64,000 nt of DNA from Paraspadella gotoi (taxonomy: Eukaryota; Animalia; Chaetognatha), in assembly GCA_051294375.1 (NCBI GenBank), contig CM119267.1, positions 10,973,045-11,037,044 of the forward strand, given 5' to 3'. The notes under the pieces were generated by a model. That model did not search any database. It was given only the letters and a program-made list of their open reading frames with translations, and was not told the origin of the DNA. This document shows positions 22,656 to 42,893 of this stretch, one piece after another; the stretch's first letter is position 1, and each line of letters begins with the position of its first letter. The position numbers and the translations under genes are program-made.

Positions 22656-23285
22656 ATGGCGGCACCGGCGCCCGAGGGCGGAGAGGCCGCCAACAAGCCG
22701 CCCGGCGACGATTTGGCCGACCTGACGATGTACATCAACAAAGTGACGGACGAGTCGCTGGAATCGACCCGGCGCATGGTGGCGCTGGCCGAAGCCTCAA
22801 AGGAAGCCGGCATCAAGACCCTGGTCGAGCTGGACGACCAGGCGGAGAAACTGGAACACATCGAGGACGGGATGGACTCCATCCACGAGGATATGCTCGC
22901 CGGCGAAAAGGCTCTAGCGGCGCTGGAGGCGTGCTGCGGCATCTGCGTGCTGCCGTGGCAACAGCGCGATAGCAAGTTCGACGACAGCGCCTGGAAGGAC
23001 GAGGGGCCCGTGGTTGGCACCAACCAGCCGCAGCGTAACATGGGCGACGGCATCATGATCGGCGGCAACTACATCACCCGCATCACCGACGACGATCGCG
23101 AGAAGGAGATGGAGGAAAACATCGACAACGTCTCCAACATGGTGGGCAACTTGCGCAACATGGCCATCGACGCGGGGCAGGAGATCGACAACCAGAACCA
23201 TCTCATCGACAGAATAAACAAAAAGGCCGAGGCCAACGCCTCCCGAGTCAAGGACGCCAATCAGCGGGCCAGCAACATGCTCTGA
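22656..23285 (+). CDS. SNAP25: SNAP-25 (Qbc-SNARE), intronless CDS
   Basis: 209 aa with TDESLESTRRM...GIKTLVELDDQAEKL, palmitoylation cluster CCGICVLPW, YITRITDDDREKEMEEN...GNLRNMAID...QNHLIDRINKKA...ANQRASNML. Confidence 0.98.
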   Translation: MAAPAPEGGEAANKPPGDDLADLTMYINKVTDESLESTRRMVALAEASKEAGIKTLVELDDQAEKLEHIEDGMDSIHEDMLAGEKALAALEACCGICVLPWQQRDSKFDDSAWKDEGPVVGTNQPQRNMGDGIMIGGNYITRITDDDREKEMEENIDNVSNMVGNLRNMAIDAGQEIDNQNHLIDRINKKAEANASRVKDANQRASNML

Positions 23286-26200
23286 AGAGAAAGAACCAGG
23301 CTCGGCCCAATCCACCCTTTTTTTTTTTCTCTCGTCTTTCATTACGCACACGCCGCGTTATTTTTTTAAAAACAGTAACATTTTATAATAATACTAAGCT
23401 CGTCTACTAACTTAACATTTAATTTTTCAACAACAACAACAACATCGACAAAAAAATAAAACTTACGATATATTTACGAAACTTTCCATATTTCTTTTGT
23501 TTTTGTTCAATATTTTATCCTTTTTTTTATGGGGAACGACGAGGTCTTGCGTAATAACGCGTTAATGATGAGTTCGGTTGTAAACCGAAAGGGATCAAGG
23601 CTCAAGGCGATAACTGACCGAGCTTATTGGCAAGATCCATCGTTCGCATCCCAACATATAGCTCACGTACATGAAATCCGCACTGATAATCTCGATCATG
23701 AAAACAAGGCACTTACGTAATTACCAGCGGAGTCCTAATCGCTACATAAATAATTAAATACTTAGTAATGATCGTCAAAGTTAATACAGTTATTATTATC
23801 TCTACAAATAACCATTGTCATCTTGTAAAATCTTTTGAATACTTATTAATTTATAACTTTTTTTTAGCTGTTTACATAAGATTACTACAATCATATAATG
23901 TATGAAATGTTCTATTCGCTAAACTATAGCAAAACTTATTACGTATCATAAATGATGTAACGGCATATAAGTGTTAAACATTTCGCGTTCTCGTCAATAT
24001 GAAGCTTTCGTAGTCCTTACGTATCTCCTCCAAAAAAGCTTTTCCATTTAAATAGATTTTTTTAACACTTGAATCTTTACAGTTTACTTTAGTTTTTTTT
24101 TTTTTTTTTTTGTATATTGCCATATCAGGGAGGATTTCTTTTAAAAAAAAAAAATCAAACCAAAAACAAAGCGCATTTTCGAAAACAACCCGCCATCATA
24201 ATGATACCATTTTTATACAAATTTATTTGTTTAGTTTTAAGATTTTATCATAATATCTCGACTATATTAGTTGTGGATTGATTAGTTACTACTCATAGTG
24301 TTCTAATATATACTCATGATAACGTCCATGTTTGACCGTTCTTAAAGATAAGAAAAACGTATCACTCAGTAAAGGGGAGAAATCTTTCTTTAAACAAATA
24401 AATCTATGACCGCGACTTTTAATTTTGGTACAGGAAACAATAACATGATTAATAAAAGTAGATGTGAACGATACAATTTGTTTTTTCCCGCGACAAAAGA
24501 AAAAAAACTTTTGATTCTCAGAACGAACCGATTGTTTCACGAAAAGATCGTTTCCTTTTCATTTTAATCGTCGATAATCCTATGTTCTAGTTTGAATGTT
24601 TGCGCTGTGATTATTTATTATCCTTTCATATTTTTTGAAAAAAAAAGAATCTTTAAAAAACAGAACGCAAACTAACGACTATGAAGCGAAAAAATAAATA
24701 AATAAATGAGTAAACCACCAGAGCGGTGACGCACGTAGAAGCGTCTTCCTCGAATTGGCTCAATCCGGCAGCTTTATTTCTAGCTCTGCTTTTTAGGTTC
24801 TATTCCGGCTTCGCTTTTAAAAAAAAAATTACTCTTTTCGAAATAGTTCTATGCATCATAAGCCCATAAACGTCGCTAATTTTTTTTTTAATTACGTACT
24901 TTTAAAATCACTTTCTGGATGGTTCTGAATGGTTAATGTTGTTTCGAGTACGCGTCGTAATTATATTTGTGTGATTTAAAAAAATATCAACGTGACATCA
25001 TTGTTTTATATCATCATTTTATGCATTTCTTTCAACCTTTTTTACCTCTTTTTAAAGCAATGGGATCGCCAAGGGCAGAAGATGTATTGGTTTGGTTTTT
25101 TTTGTTTTTCATTTTTATATTTTTTGATGCTTTGTTTTTAAAAAAAAAATGATAATTGAGCGGCAGAAAAATTACTACAGATCATATATATATCATTTTT
25201 ATTTACATAATTTATTTTACAAAAAACGAATTCGCTTAAGAGGACTTTTGTGGACATATATTTTTGTAACTCATCGGCTACCAAATAAAATTTTAATAAA
25301 ATATATGGATTTTAACATTACGCATGTACAAAAGATAAAGAACTTTACATTTATCGTTTTTCAGAAACAAATATGATAAAACGAACACCGTCATATCAGA
25401 GAAGAATATTATAAAATATATTGTGTAAGAAAGTGTAAGATTGTATGGCATCCATAGCCTAGAAATTTTCTTTGTACGCGTACATTTGTATTTTTTGTGT
25501 TATTGTTTTCTTGCCTTGCTGTAGTATTTTGTCTCTGACGACAGAGAGAAATGTTTTTAATAGTTTACATGAAAGGTTTCTTCTATTTAACCTCGTGCTG
25601 CTTAGCTATTTACTATCTTAAACTTTTTTATCTCAATAATTGTTATTATTGTTATTTACGCATTATTGTTATTAACTCAACGCTATTAAAACATTGATGA
25701 TATTGGAAAATAGTTTATATGTTCTTTACAATTTGACTTTTGAAGAATTAACTAAGGCAACAGCTAGATTTTATCTCAACTGATTGATTTCGTCTCCTCA
25801 AAACTTTCCGAAGAGAAGAAGAAAAGAGCAAAGCCATATTTGCGACTAATTTAAAAAACCAGTAATATTTAGCAACCACCTATGTAGTCAGTAGGGCGCA
25901 GAGATTTTTATTATTTCTAATATAATCAGAATTCGAAATCCAAACTTGTATATCACTAAAATTTTATTAATTTTTTTGTTTTCAAAAAAAAAGTAATTTT
26001 AAATAAAGCATAATGTAATAAAATCGAATATTCAAAGAAGGCAAAATTTGGCAGATTCAAATTCCTTGTAAAAAGTTGATATAAAAAATGTTATTATTTT
26101 TTGAAAATTTGACCATTAAGTTAGTTAAATATTGGAAAAACTAATATCTTATGCTTAAAAGTTTTTTTAAATTTTTGAACTACTTAATGAAGATTTTTTT

Positions 26201-28619
26201 CAAAAAGAGTTATATTTTCTTATATCAACTTTTGTAATAAGACCAATCCAATCTTGTCAAAAAAATAATTTTAAAATTTGGACTATTTCTATTGTTTTAT
26301 ATTAATACCCTTGAATGTTTAAACTGACTTATTTTTAAAAAAGTTTTGACACAATGTTTCTTTGAGAGGATATTTTTTATATTTCGATTTTTAGTATTCA
26401 TTATTCAATTATAAATAGTCAGTCAATTTGTTCAAACAATTCTGCCTAAATGCTGTTCAAGTTGACAGATATGTTACCGTTCCCTCCAGTGCCGATTGCG
26501 CCCGAAGATAGATGCATTTTTAATTAATTAATCTCGGCTAGGGCCTACGACTGTAACTGGATAGCTATAAGCAAAAAACCCTATTAATTTTTAGTCATTT
26601 TTAAAATAAAATTGAAACTAATATTGACGAATGAAAAAATTTTATTCATGATTCATTAACTCATTAACCGTTCTGAACAAAAAAATTATATTAGTGAATT
26701 ATGAAAATACAGCAGAAGAATGGAGTTTTGACATCTGAAGCATCGCAGGATATAATCTTTCTAACTTTTTATATACTAACATTATTTTTATATACAAAAT
26801 AAACAATTTTAGATGTTTATAAATAATTACTTAACCAAATCCAATACTTGCTTAAACGACAAAACCCCCAATCCAATAACTTAAGACTGCTGTGATTTAA
26901 ATTGTAATGTGATGTCTAATTGGTTTTTAAAAAGAGGAGAACAATATGACGGATTAAGGCTGAAAAAAAAAATAATAGCAGCAGCAATATTCATGAAAAT
27001 TAACAAGGCAATAAGAAAAAGCTTCTCTGTCTTGGAGAGTGCGATTTTAAAAACTAGTCAATAACATCAATGTCTACCATCTAAAATAAAGTCTAGTTTT
27101 TAAATTGGACAATTACAATCACCATTCGTTTTTTAAACAATTTAATATTTTTCTTAATTCGATGTCTGCAGCTCTCACACCAGGTCTATTTACAATGTGA
27201 TGCAAAGAATAAAAACCAATTGTGAGCAAATCTTAAGCGATAGATCATAAATCAAATTTTCTACCACTCTACGATATGCAGGCAAAAGACATAAGATTAA
27301 CAGTAAATTAAACAAATATGTTAAAAAGAAAGTTTTTTCATCTTCAGCGTCGAAATTTGCTCAATTATTATAACTATAATTAAAAGATTCAAATATCATT
27401 CAAAATTAATAGAAATAACAAGTATTGCTAAAAATCATTCATCTAAATAAATGGATAAAGGATGACAATTATCATATATGGTGGTCGATTTGGCAGTGAA
27501 CTTCTCTGCTGCTATTATTCCCTTAAAATGTGTTAAAAACGCCCTCACGCCTTTAGTTGATTCTCCCACAATTGGCCAAACCAATTTTTTTAAAGTTTAC
27601 TACAAATGAAAATATTCTGCCGGGTTTTAATTTTGATTTGACATAATAATAAACAAGAATAAAAACTGCTCGTTAGAATCGAATAAGATGTTTATAGTTT
27701 TCACAGGAGAAAAGGGGAAATTATCGCGTGTTAACGATTAGGAATCATTTGACTGCCAACAACAATAAAACGTCGTCATTGTGTTTAGTAGGGTGGCACG
27801 TAAAGCATATTTTTACGCTTCAAGTGTTTACATAATTCGTGAAGTGTTCGTGGTAAACTAAATCAAGAAAAAAAAAATTAAAAGCTACCTTCCTATAACT
27901 GAAACATTTCAGTACTAAGTTGATGACTTATAATTAACTCGTGAATCAATGGTCGAATGATAAAAATAAACAATCAATTTTAACCAAAAAATACGAATGC
28001 ATAAATATTTGCTTTTATACTTTCATAACCTTCACCATAGTTATGTCTGTAATGGCTGTTATGAAGCCACTCGGAAAGCAATATCTAAAGATTTCATTTT
28101 CCTTGAAATCACCAGTCATTATCATAATTGTATCATAGTGAATCAATGATAAAAGATTTAAATTTGTTGCATCACTTCCCTGATCTGGAAATGAAATTTT
28201 TTACGGGGATTATTACATTTTTGTAATTTGTATTTCTTTCATTGCCGAGAAAACCTTTGAAAGAACAATTTCAAAGATATTTCCGGTGCGAATTTATCTG
28301 AGGTGATCTCTTTTGGAGCACTAAACTACCTTGCATCAGTGACATATCAGCTGTAATGGCCGTATATAAGTTCTCAGCTATATAAATATTCAGTAGTTTT
28401 CATGCATGTAAAACATATATGAATACTTTCATTTCAGTGCCATGTGAATTGATAGCTTGAATATATATTTAAATTAATTTTCTCATGAATAGATTGAAAT
28501 TTTTCATGCATTTTATTAGACTAGCCTGATGCAAATCATTTGCGTGAAAAATTAGATTCAACATTAACACAAGAGCTCGTATGTAAGTTGGCGGTTTGTA
28601 TCCAACCAAAATAATTCAG

Positions 28620-28980
28620 CGTGAAATAAAGATAATGATAACGATGGTCGTGAGCAGTATAATGTTTATGAATCCGTAGGTCTGTTATTTGATATGGGAG
28701 TATATTTTAGGTGATGGAGTGCCAAGCAAAAGCCATTTACAACATCAAATTAATAAAGAGAAAATAATCTAAAATGGAAATAATTTCGTTCCCAATACTT
28801 ACATTTCTGGAAAAATGCTGACTGTCTATACTAGCTTTGCGAGAATATTGGAGATGCAAAAGCAGTTTCAATTTTTGTATCAAAGTGGCAAGATTCCTGC
28901 TATCTCTCTGCAAAGTTGCACTATAGTGACAAAAGCTTGTAATATTTCTCCTAAGGAAAGATAGGATGAAAGGCATGTTG
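28620..28980 (-). mobile_element. Possible decayed LINE fragment
   Basis: ILSFLRRNITS resembles the LGFLRRNL motif C-terminal to LINE RT domains; otherwise degenerate. Confidence 0.25.
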
Positions 28981-29059
28981 GTGAAGAAAATTACCTGTTT
29001 TAATAATAACTACACTTTTCTTATTCCAGCTGATGGAAGTTAATGCCAACCCATGATGC

Positions 29060-29330
29060 AAATATTGAGGTCCTTAAACAGATGAATTACAATAACCATG
29101 CATGGAATTACTTTTAGATTAAAAAAAACATAATGCAACCTTGTTAATCTCGTTTTTACCACAGTGAAAAAACGTTCATAATGGTAGACAGAATCTTCAA
29201 AGTTGCAAAAGTTTTTATATCAAGCACAAAATATACATGCTACTATAAATAAAAAAGTACTTAATTTTTTCTAATGTCTACTATTAAAATAATCTGATGA
29301 AAGACCAAAATTCATGGTCAAAACAGTCAA
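29060..29330 (+). mobile_element. Possible decayed Penelope-like element 3' fragment ending in a mutated hammerhead
   Basis: Peptide remnants QMNYNNHAW and MVDRIFKV recall Penelope RT thumb motifs; CTGATGA-aa-GACCA...TGGTC-AAAAC-AGTC at 29294-29328. Confidence 0.4.
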
Positions 29331-32300
29331 AAATATTTGCCCAGCTAATTATCTATTATTTTCATGCTTTTTATAGTTATAAATGAAAAAAGATGTATTC
29401 TTTTGCATGAAAACTTATTATTACTGGGTAGGGTCTAAAACTTTATACAGATCGGGAATGGTACAAGATTCAATCTAATGATACACAGAACAAGTATGAT
29501 AGGACGACATGTGTTTGTGTCAGTTGCTGTTTTAGCAGTTACATATCAGATGAAAGGTTATGAACGTATTAATATTTTTTGGCAAAAATTTTATTTTTTA
29601 TCATTACCTTGAACGTTTTCGCTTAGTAGTTTTCTACCAACTTCTAATAATAAGATTTTTTAAATGGTTGCCTTAAACAGTCAACTGGGTGAATTAACAA
29701 GGATGGCAATTGTCACACATATGTTGCATGAGACGTACATGTTTTAAACAAAACACTTTCGTGACACAAGTATGTTGGGCGTTGATTTTTGCTAATCCAT
29801 TGCAATTTGCTAGTACTGACAAGACAAATTAATTGTCTTTAATACGGAACTATCAGTACAATAATGCCTTTTAAAAATTCTAATGCACAATGATGATACA
29901 CAGAAACACAAGTATTGTGCAAGGTCAGGAAATGACAAACAATGATAAAAATGCCATTACATGACAAAGATGACATTGATTTTCTACAAGTGGAAGACAT
30001 CTGCCGTGGACTTATTGGCAAATTCATTTAAATTTGATCGTGGATTTGCTTAAGCTACAATCTCCTCACGGAGAAGATTTTTTGCAAGTTCACAGAAAGT
30101 GGCATCTCTAAACGTTGATAGGGTAGAATCATGACAATCTCTTACGTAATAGAGTTTTACTTAATTTTTTCACTCTTTGGTGAAAATTATTTTTTTCTGG
30201 TTTTGGATGCCCACAAAAATTAGACTCAAAGGTCTTTCGAACATTTCGTCATTTTTTTTGGTCATCCATTTTAAAGTAGATCGACTATAATTTAAAACAA
30301 AGCTGGTATGTCTTGGTTAACAATTCAGTATATAAGACTTAGGCGGCCTACAGACCGTTAGTTATTTAACCCACGCGTTCCGCTTTGATTCTATCCTTTT
30401 ACTTATTGCTGAAAACAAAAACGGACAGTTACAGGAAATGAAGGAAATTACAACATTACTGTGTGGACCGACTATCTATACTGCCAAGCGCACAAAAAAT
30501 AGAGTTATGTCTTGCAATTCAAACAAAAATGGTTTTCGAAATAACTAATTGAATAGATTTTGGTTAATCTACACAAATGGCACCACGGATGAAATGACAG
30601 CACCAAGGGACAAACTGGAAGAACAGTACAAGTTGGACGAATGATCAGGTAAACACATTCCACATTTAAAGGACCCTAAATATATGAGCATTAAGAGATA
30701 AGTTTTATAGCTCGAATTAAAAAAAAACCTTAAGGCCAAATCCGTACCGTTAAATTCCAACAGGCCCTTTTCCTTAAAGTGATAATGATAGAGCAATTAT
30801 TTTGGACGTGTTTAAAAAAGCGGTGACGCTTTAGATATCTAAGCTGGCAATCTCGATCATAACATCGCCTTAGATGAATTTAATCAATGATACCTAATCA
30901 TGATCGCTTGTCTTTGTCCCAATTTAAAACCGCCAAGGTAATAACTCTCGAGATTCCAGCATTTTTCACACAATCCAGTGCTTCGATGCAGAAAAGGATC
31001 TAGGTGATCCAAATTTAAATTTCATCTATAGCAGGTTTATGCCACCTCTCAGATCTAACCTGAATGGCTCAAAAGATCTCATTTCCATCTTAGAAACCTC
31101 ATGTACCTATAATTTTGTAAATAGATTTTCCTGTTAGTGTTTATGTTTAAATTTTTTAATAAATAAAGAAATATTTTAAACTATTTTTAAAATCTGATGA
31201 TTAATATCAAGATTAAGATCTTTTTGTTTTCCAAAAAAAAGTGTGTTCAAAAACCCAACTCATTCATGACTTATACTGCTCAATGATCTCGTTCATTATA
31301 AATAATCAACTGAATGTCGATTGATATGCTTGCTTCTCTCACAATATATTCGAATTGTATTCTTAACTGAAAACCTCAACAACTTCCGTTTTGTCATCCT
31401 TTGTAGCTTTTTTCTTGTAATAAGATAGTATAATTTTTTTCGTTATATATCATCGTGTGATATGCAATTTGCAGTGATAAGCATGTGTGTTCGTATTACG
31501 TCTTGATTGATAGAATTAATGAACTAGACATGATTTCACATATATATGCAGTGATTGGTTGATCAAATGCGACCAATAAATGGTCCCCTTCCCTCAAACC
31601 GAACACTGCTTTTTCAGAGGGCCGAAAATCTAGAGCCTTTATCCGTTAATTTGTAGCGTCACAACTTAAACGCTTTTGATCGGAAAAAAGTAAAAGAATA
31701 ACTATTTATATATAAGTTAGTTATTGATTAAAAAAAGCAAAAAATATTTACATTAGACTTTAATTCGGAATGTTCTAAAATCTACATGCTGTAATTTTGC
31801 AATCGTAATAGCAATATTTTAAAGCTTTGAAAAACTTAACTTTTGCCAGAAGGTTGTTAGTGTTATTTTTTATAGTACAAATATAATTATTATTTAAAGC
31901 TATTAATAAAATATTTCTTAAAACGGTTAAAGTTTCCTTGTGAAAAAAGTCAAGAATTTCACCAAAAAAATTATTTTTGCTTTAAATATGATTAATCTTT
32001 AAGCAATATAAGATAAAAAACTAGATTACGAAAATCTGTAAAAGCAAAGCGATAATCACTTACAATGCCGTAATATTCCTCTGAATCAGCAGTATTGTTT
32101 AAGTGCCTCAGCTTGGGTCAGGTCTTAAATGAAATGATTAATTATAATTTCAATGAAAAAAAGCGGCAATGACAGACTGAGGTACTTATTTCCGCCTTTT
32201 AAAAAAAAACCGTTTTATTCATACAACTACTCTGTCAAGAGTGAGTTATCTTTTTTAAACCGAGTGAAAAGTTGCGTTATTATGCGTAATAACTTGTTAC

Positions 32301-33585
32301 TTAGCAAAAGCAAAGGTGAAGGGTTAAGAGGTTTTTTTCTTTAAGCATTTTCGACCCAAGCGAATATAATTGTTTTTCTTTAATCCGATTAATTTTATCG
32401 TGGACAGGAAATTAACCGTCCGACGTTATTATAAAAAGAGATGATATGCCGAAATGAACAAAAAATTTAACTAATCAAAATATGACTATCAAGATAATCT
32501 AAGGATTTTGTCGAACTCAGTCCACTATTTTCGTGCGTCTGGTCCAACGAGAAGACACCAATATTTCGAATTGACAGTAAAAAAAATCATTAATTTTCTA
32601 TGATCGCTAATTAATCAAAAAGATTAATAATCGGAATTAACAATTTTGTTGTTTTTTTTTTGTCGGGCTAAACACCGGTCCGGAATGAATAGACTAAAAT
32701 CACGTGATTAACCAAGTAGGCCACTTGATTTATTTTTTCCTCTGCAATCCCACCATCTATTTTTTGTATGTTTAAGGGGTGATTTTGACGTTTCCTTTCA
32801 ATGCAAGCATTTTTTTTTAAATTTTCTTGATTCGTAGTTCGTAAGAGGGAATATAGTAAGCGACATCAGGTTATGGTTGGATCAGCTGCGCAACACTTTC
32901 TCTAATGGTTACGGACACACCTTTTTCCGATCATTTATTTGGTTCGAAAAATTTGTTTAAAAATTTTTGTAATATTTTTCCCTAAGACTAAGTTGTTTAA
33001 AAATCTTAAGCTGATTTACCCATCGACAATGAAGAAATTGTTTTCAATTTCAACTCTATCGCACCCGTCAAATTTGAAAGAGAACTTCCGGCTTAACTTT
33101 ACAATAATAAGAAATAAGTCACGAAAAAAGCGTCGGTAGAAGTTGAGAGGTTAATGATGAAGCCGCGTTTTCACTCCGTTCGTTATTTTGGTTGATTTTT
33201 ATATAGGAATTTCTATTATTTTTTTCTAGGTTATAATTATATAGATATAGTACACATATACGCTATTGCGATGGAACGGCTGGACACAACAGTATGATAT
33301 CTTTTTTGTTATTTGCGTGTTGTGTCGCCAGCCTTCGTGCGTTTTCTCGCGACTGAAGTGGGGAACAAAGGTTTGTATCGACCACTTCATCAACCTTCAG
33401 ACTTAAAAAAAATTATATATATGTTAAATAAATCGATGTTTTTTTATTCTATGTTATTCTACACATGGCATTTAGATAGAATTCGGTCAACTTTACTGTA
33501 TGTATTTAGAAATAAAGATTTCTTTTTCTATGTACGAATGGAAGAGTTAAGAAACATCGATATAACAGGCGGCAAATCGAAACCA

Positions 33586-41184
<7,599 letters not shown>

Positions 41185-41589
41185 AGTTTTCTTTGTTTTG
41201 TTGTTTTTCAAAGAATATTGAAAAATAAAAAAGTTCAACTCGTTTTTTGTTTTTGTTTTTTTGCTTTTTTTCTTAATTCTTTGATTGTTTCGGTTGTTGA
41301 AGAATAAAAAATTAAACGGAATGATGATGTAGAAGAAAGAAAAAAAATTGTAGATTTTTTAAATGGCGAAAGTAATAAGAAAGTTAATTTGGATGCAAAG
41401 CAGAGAAGAAATGATGGTTATACGTTTATGATATAAGTTTTGGAAGTGAAAAAAAAAAATTTGAAGCGTGGCTGCTAAATACGACGACTTTTTATTGTTG
41501 TTTTTGTTTTTCGGGTTTTTTTTTTGTTTGTTGTTTTTTATAGTTGTAGTTAAGTAGATAATGTGGAAATAGAATTTAATTAAAAAAAC

Positions 41590-41700
41590 AGCAGTCTACG
41601 TCAGGGGGTGGAGCAGAGAAACACATCTCAATCGCCAAGGCATTGCGCATCAAGCGTGTCACGCGCTCTGAGGAAGAGGACATAGGGACGGAAGAGCGGC
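41590..41700. promoter_or_regulatory. Probable bidirectional promoter between FLOT2 and agrin
   Basis: The genes are head-to-head. Strand asymmetry flips here (T-rich left, purine-rich right). CpG-rich with TACGTCA and TGCGCA; probable agrin exon-1 donor AAG|GTATAA at 41970. Confidence 0.45.
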
Positions 41701-42893
41701 ACTCAGTCGAGTTTCGGCGCCGCGTGGAAGAGCGCCGAGAGAGAACGGCGTCGCGCTCGAGGAAGATGGCGGACGACGTGGGAGGAAAGAGAAAAACCTT
41801 CTCGAGAAAGGGACTGCGGAGAAAGAAGAGCTAGAAAAAAGGAAAGACGTTGAAAAGAGGAAGAACTAGTCAACGTTAAGTGGGTAGGAGAGGGAAGAGC
41901 GGAGGAAGGACAAAATTACATAGCCAAAAAAGGATAGAAAGGATATTGAGAAGAGGAGACTGGCGAAAAGGTATAAACCATTTTAGTAAGGAAACTGCCG
42001 AGATAATTAATATCTTAATTGCTTTTCGTCTTTGAGTACAAATGTCTTTACAAGTTCGAACAGTCTGAAAGAGCAGAGAAATTAAGGTTGTAAGAATTTT
42101 TTTAAGACAGCTTCACCAAAAATTAATAGTCTTTGTTATTTTATAAAGACAAGTCAAATTTAAAAAGAACAATTACTATAGCTGTATCTAGCATTTCGAT
42201 TGCAGTCAGAGTCCCTCTTATGCAAGTCGCTAATTAGGACTTAAGACAATAATTACTCTTACAGTTCCTTTTTTCCCTAAAACGAGTTATACAATTTTCC
42301 TTCTTTTAGAAATCCTAGAATCTAATGTGGCTTTATTCTTCTACTTTGTTTCCCCTTCTTCCTCCTCATCCTCCTCCCCCCAGTTTTTTTTCACTATGGT
42401 GGCACCATATCACGGCGCTAGTTCCATGTTCTGCTCGCGTGCTTTCACTAGGCACCTGCATCCAAAAGGAGCAACCCTCGCTAGTTTTCTTCGTTATTTC
42501 TTGCTTGTTACTAAAGTTAATTCGAAAATGTATCATTAAAAATAATTTTAGTTTCAGTAGAAGCATAGTTTTTTTTTTCGTTTAAACGAATGGTAGTTAT
42601 CGAGAGAACCACTGAAACCATATTCTTGATCTACGTTAAAGAAAATTAAACAATTCTAGTCATTAATAGCTTTATGCTAATTTTATATATAATGTATTTT
42701 CTTTCTAATCTTTTGAAATCAAAAACGTTTCTTCATTAGAAGTATCAATGGAATAATTTCTTAAAATACCATCTAAATAACAGGTTTCAAATTTTTACGA
42801 AATAAATGTAAATTGATCGTCCATTTCGGAAAATAGTTACGGCAGTGGCGAAAATGGCTGCCGCAAACGGCGTTTTGTGGCCATTGTGTATAG

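Noticed and set aside
22601-23351. Long antisense ORFs over SNAP-25
   Set aside because: Expected by-product of very high GC3.
23565-23617. C/D snoRNA, SECIS or hammerhead within the SNAP-25 3' hairpin
   Set aside because: C/D lacks a terminal stem and is short; SECIS lacks the 3' GA of the quartet; hammerhead lacks the core C and stem I.
29839-30130. Possible piggyBac C-terminal remnant (NTCVSVYHH)
   Set aside because: Too degenerate, with stops and missing cysteines, to support a call.
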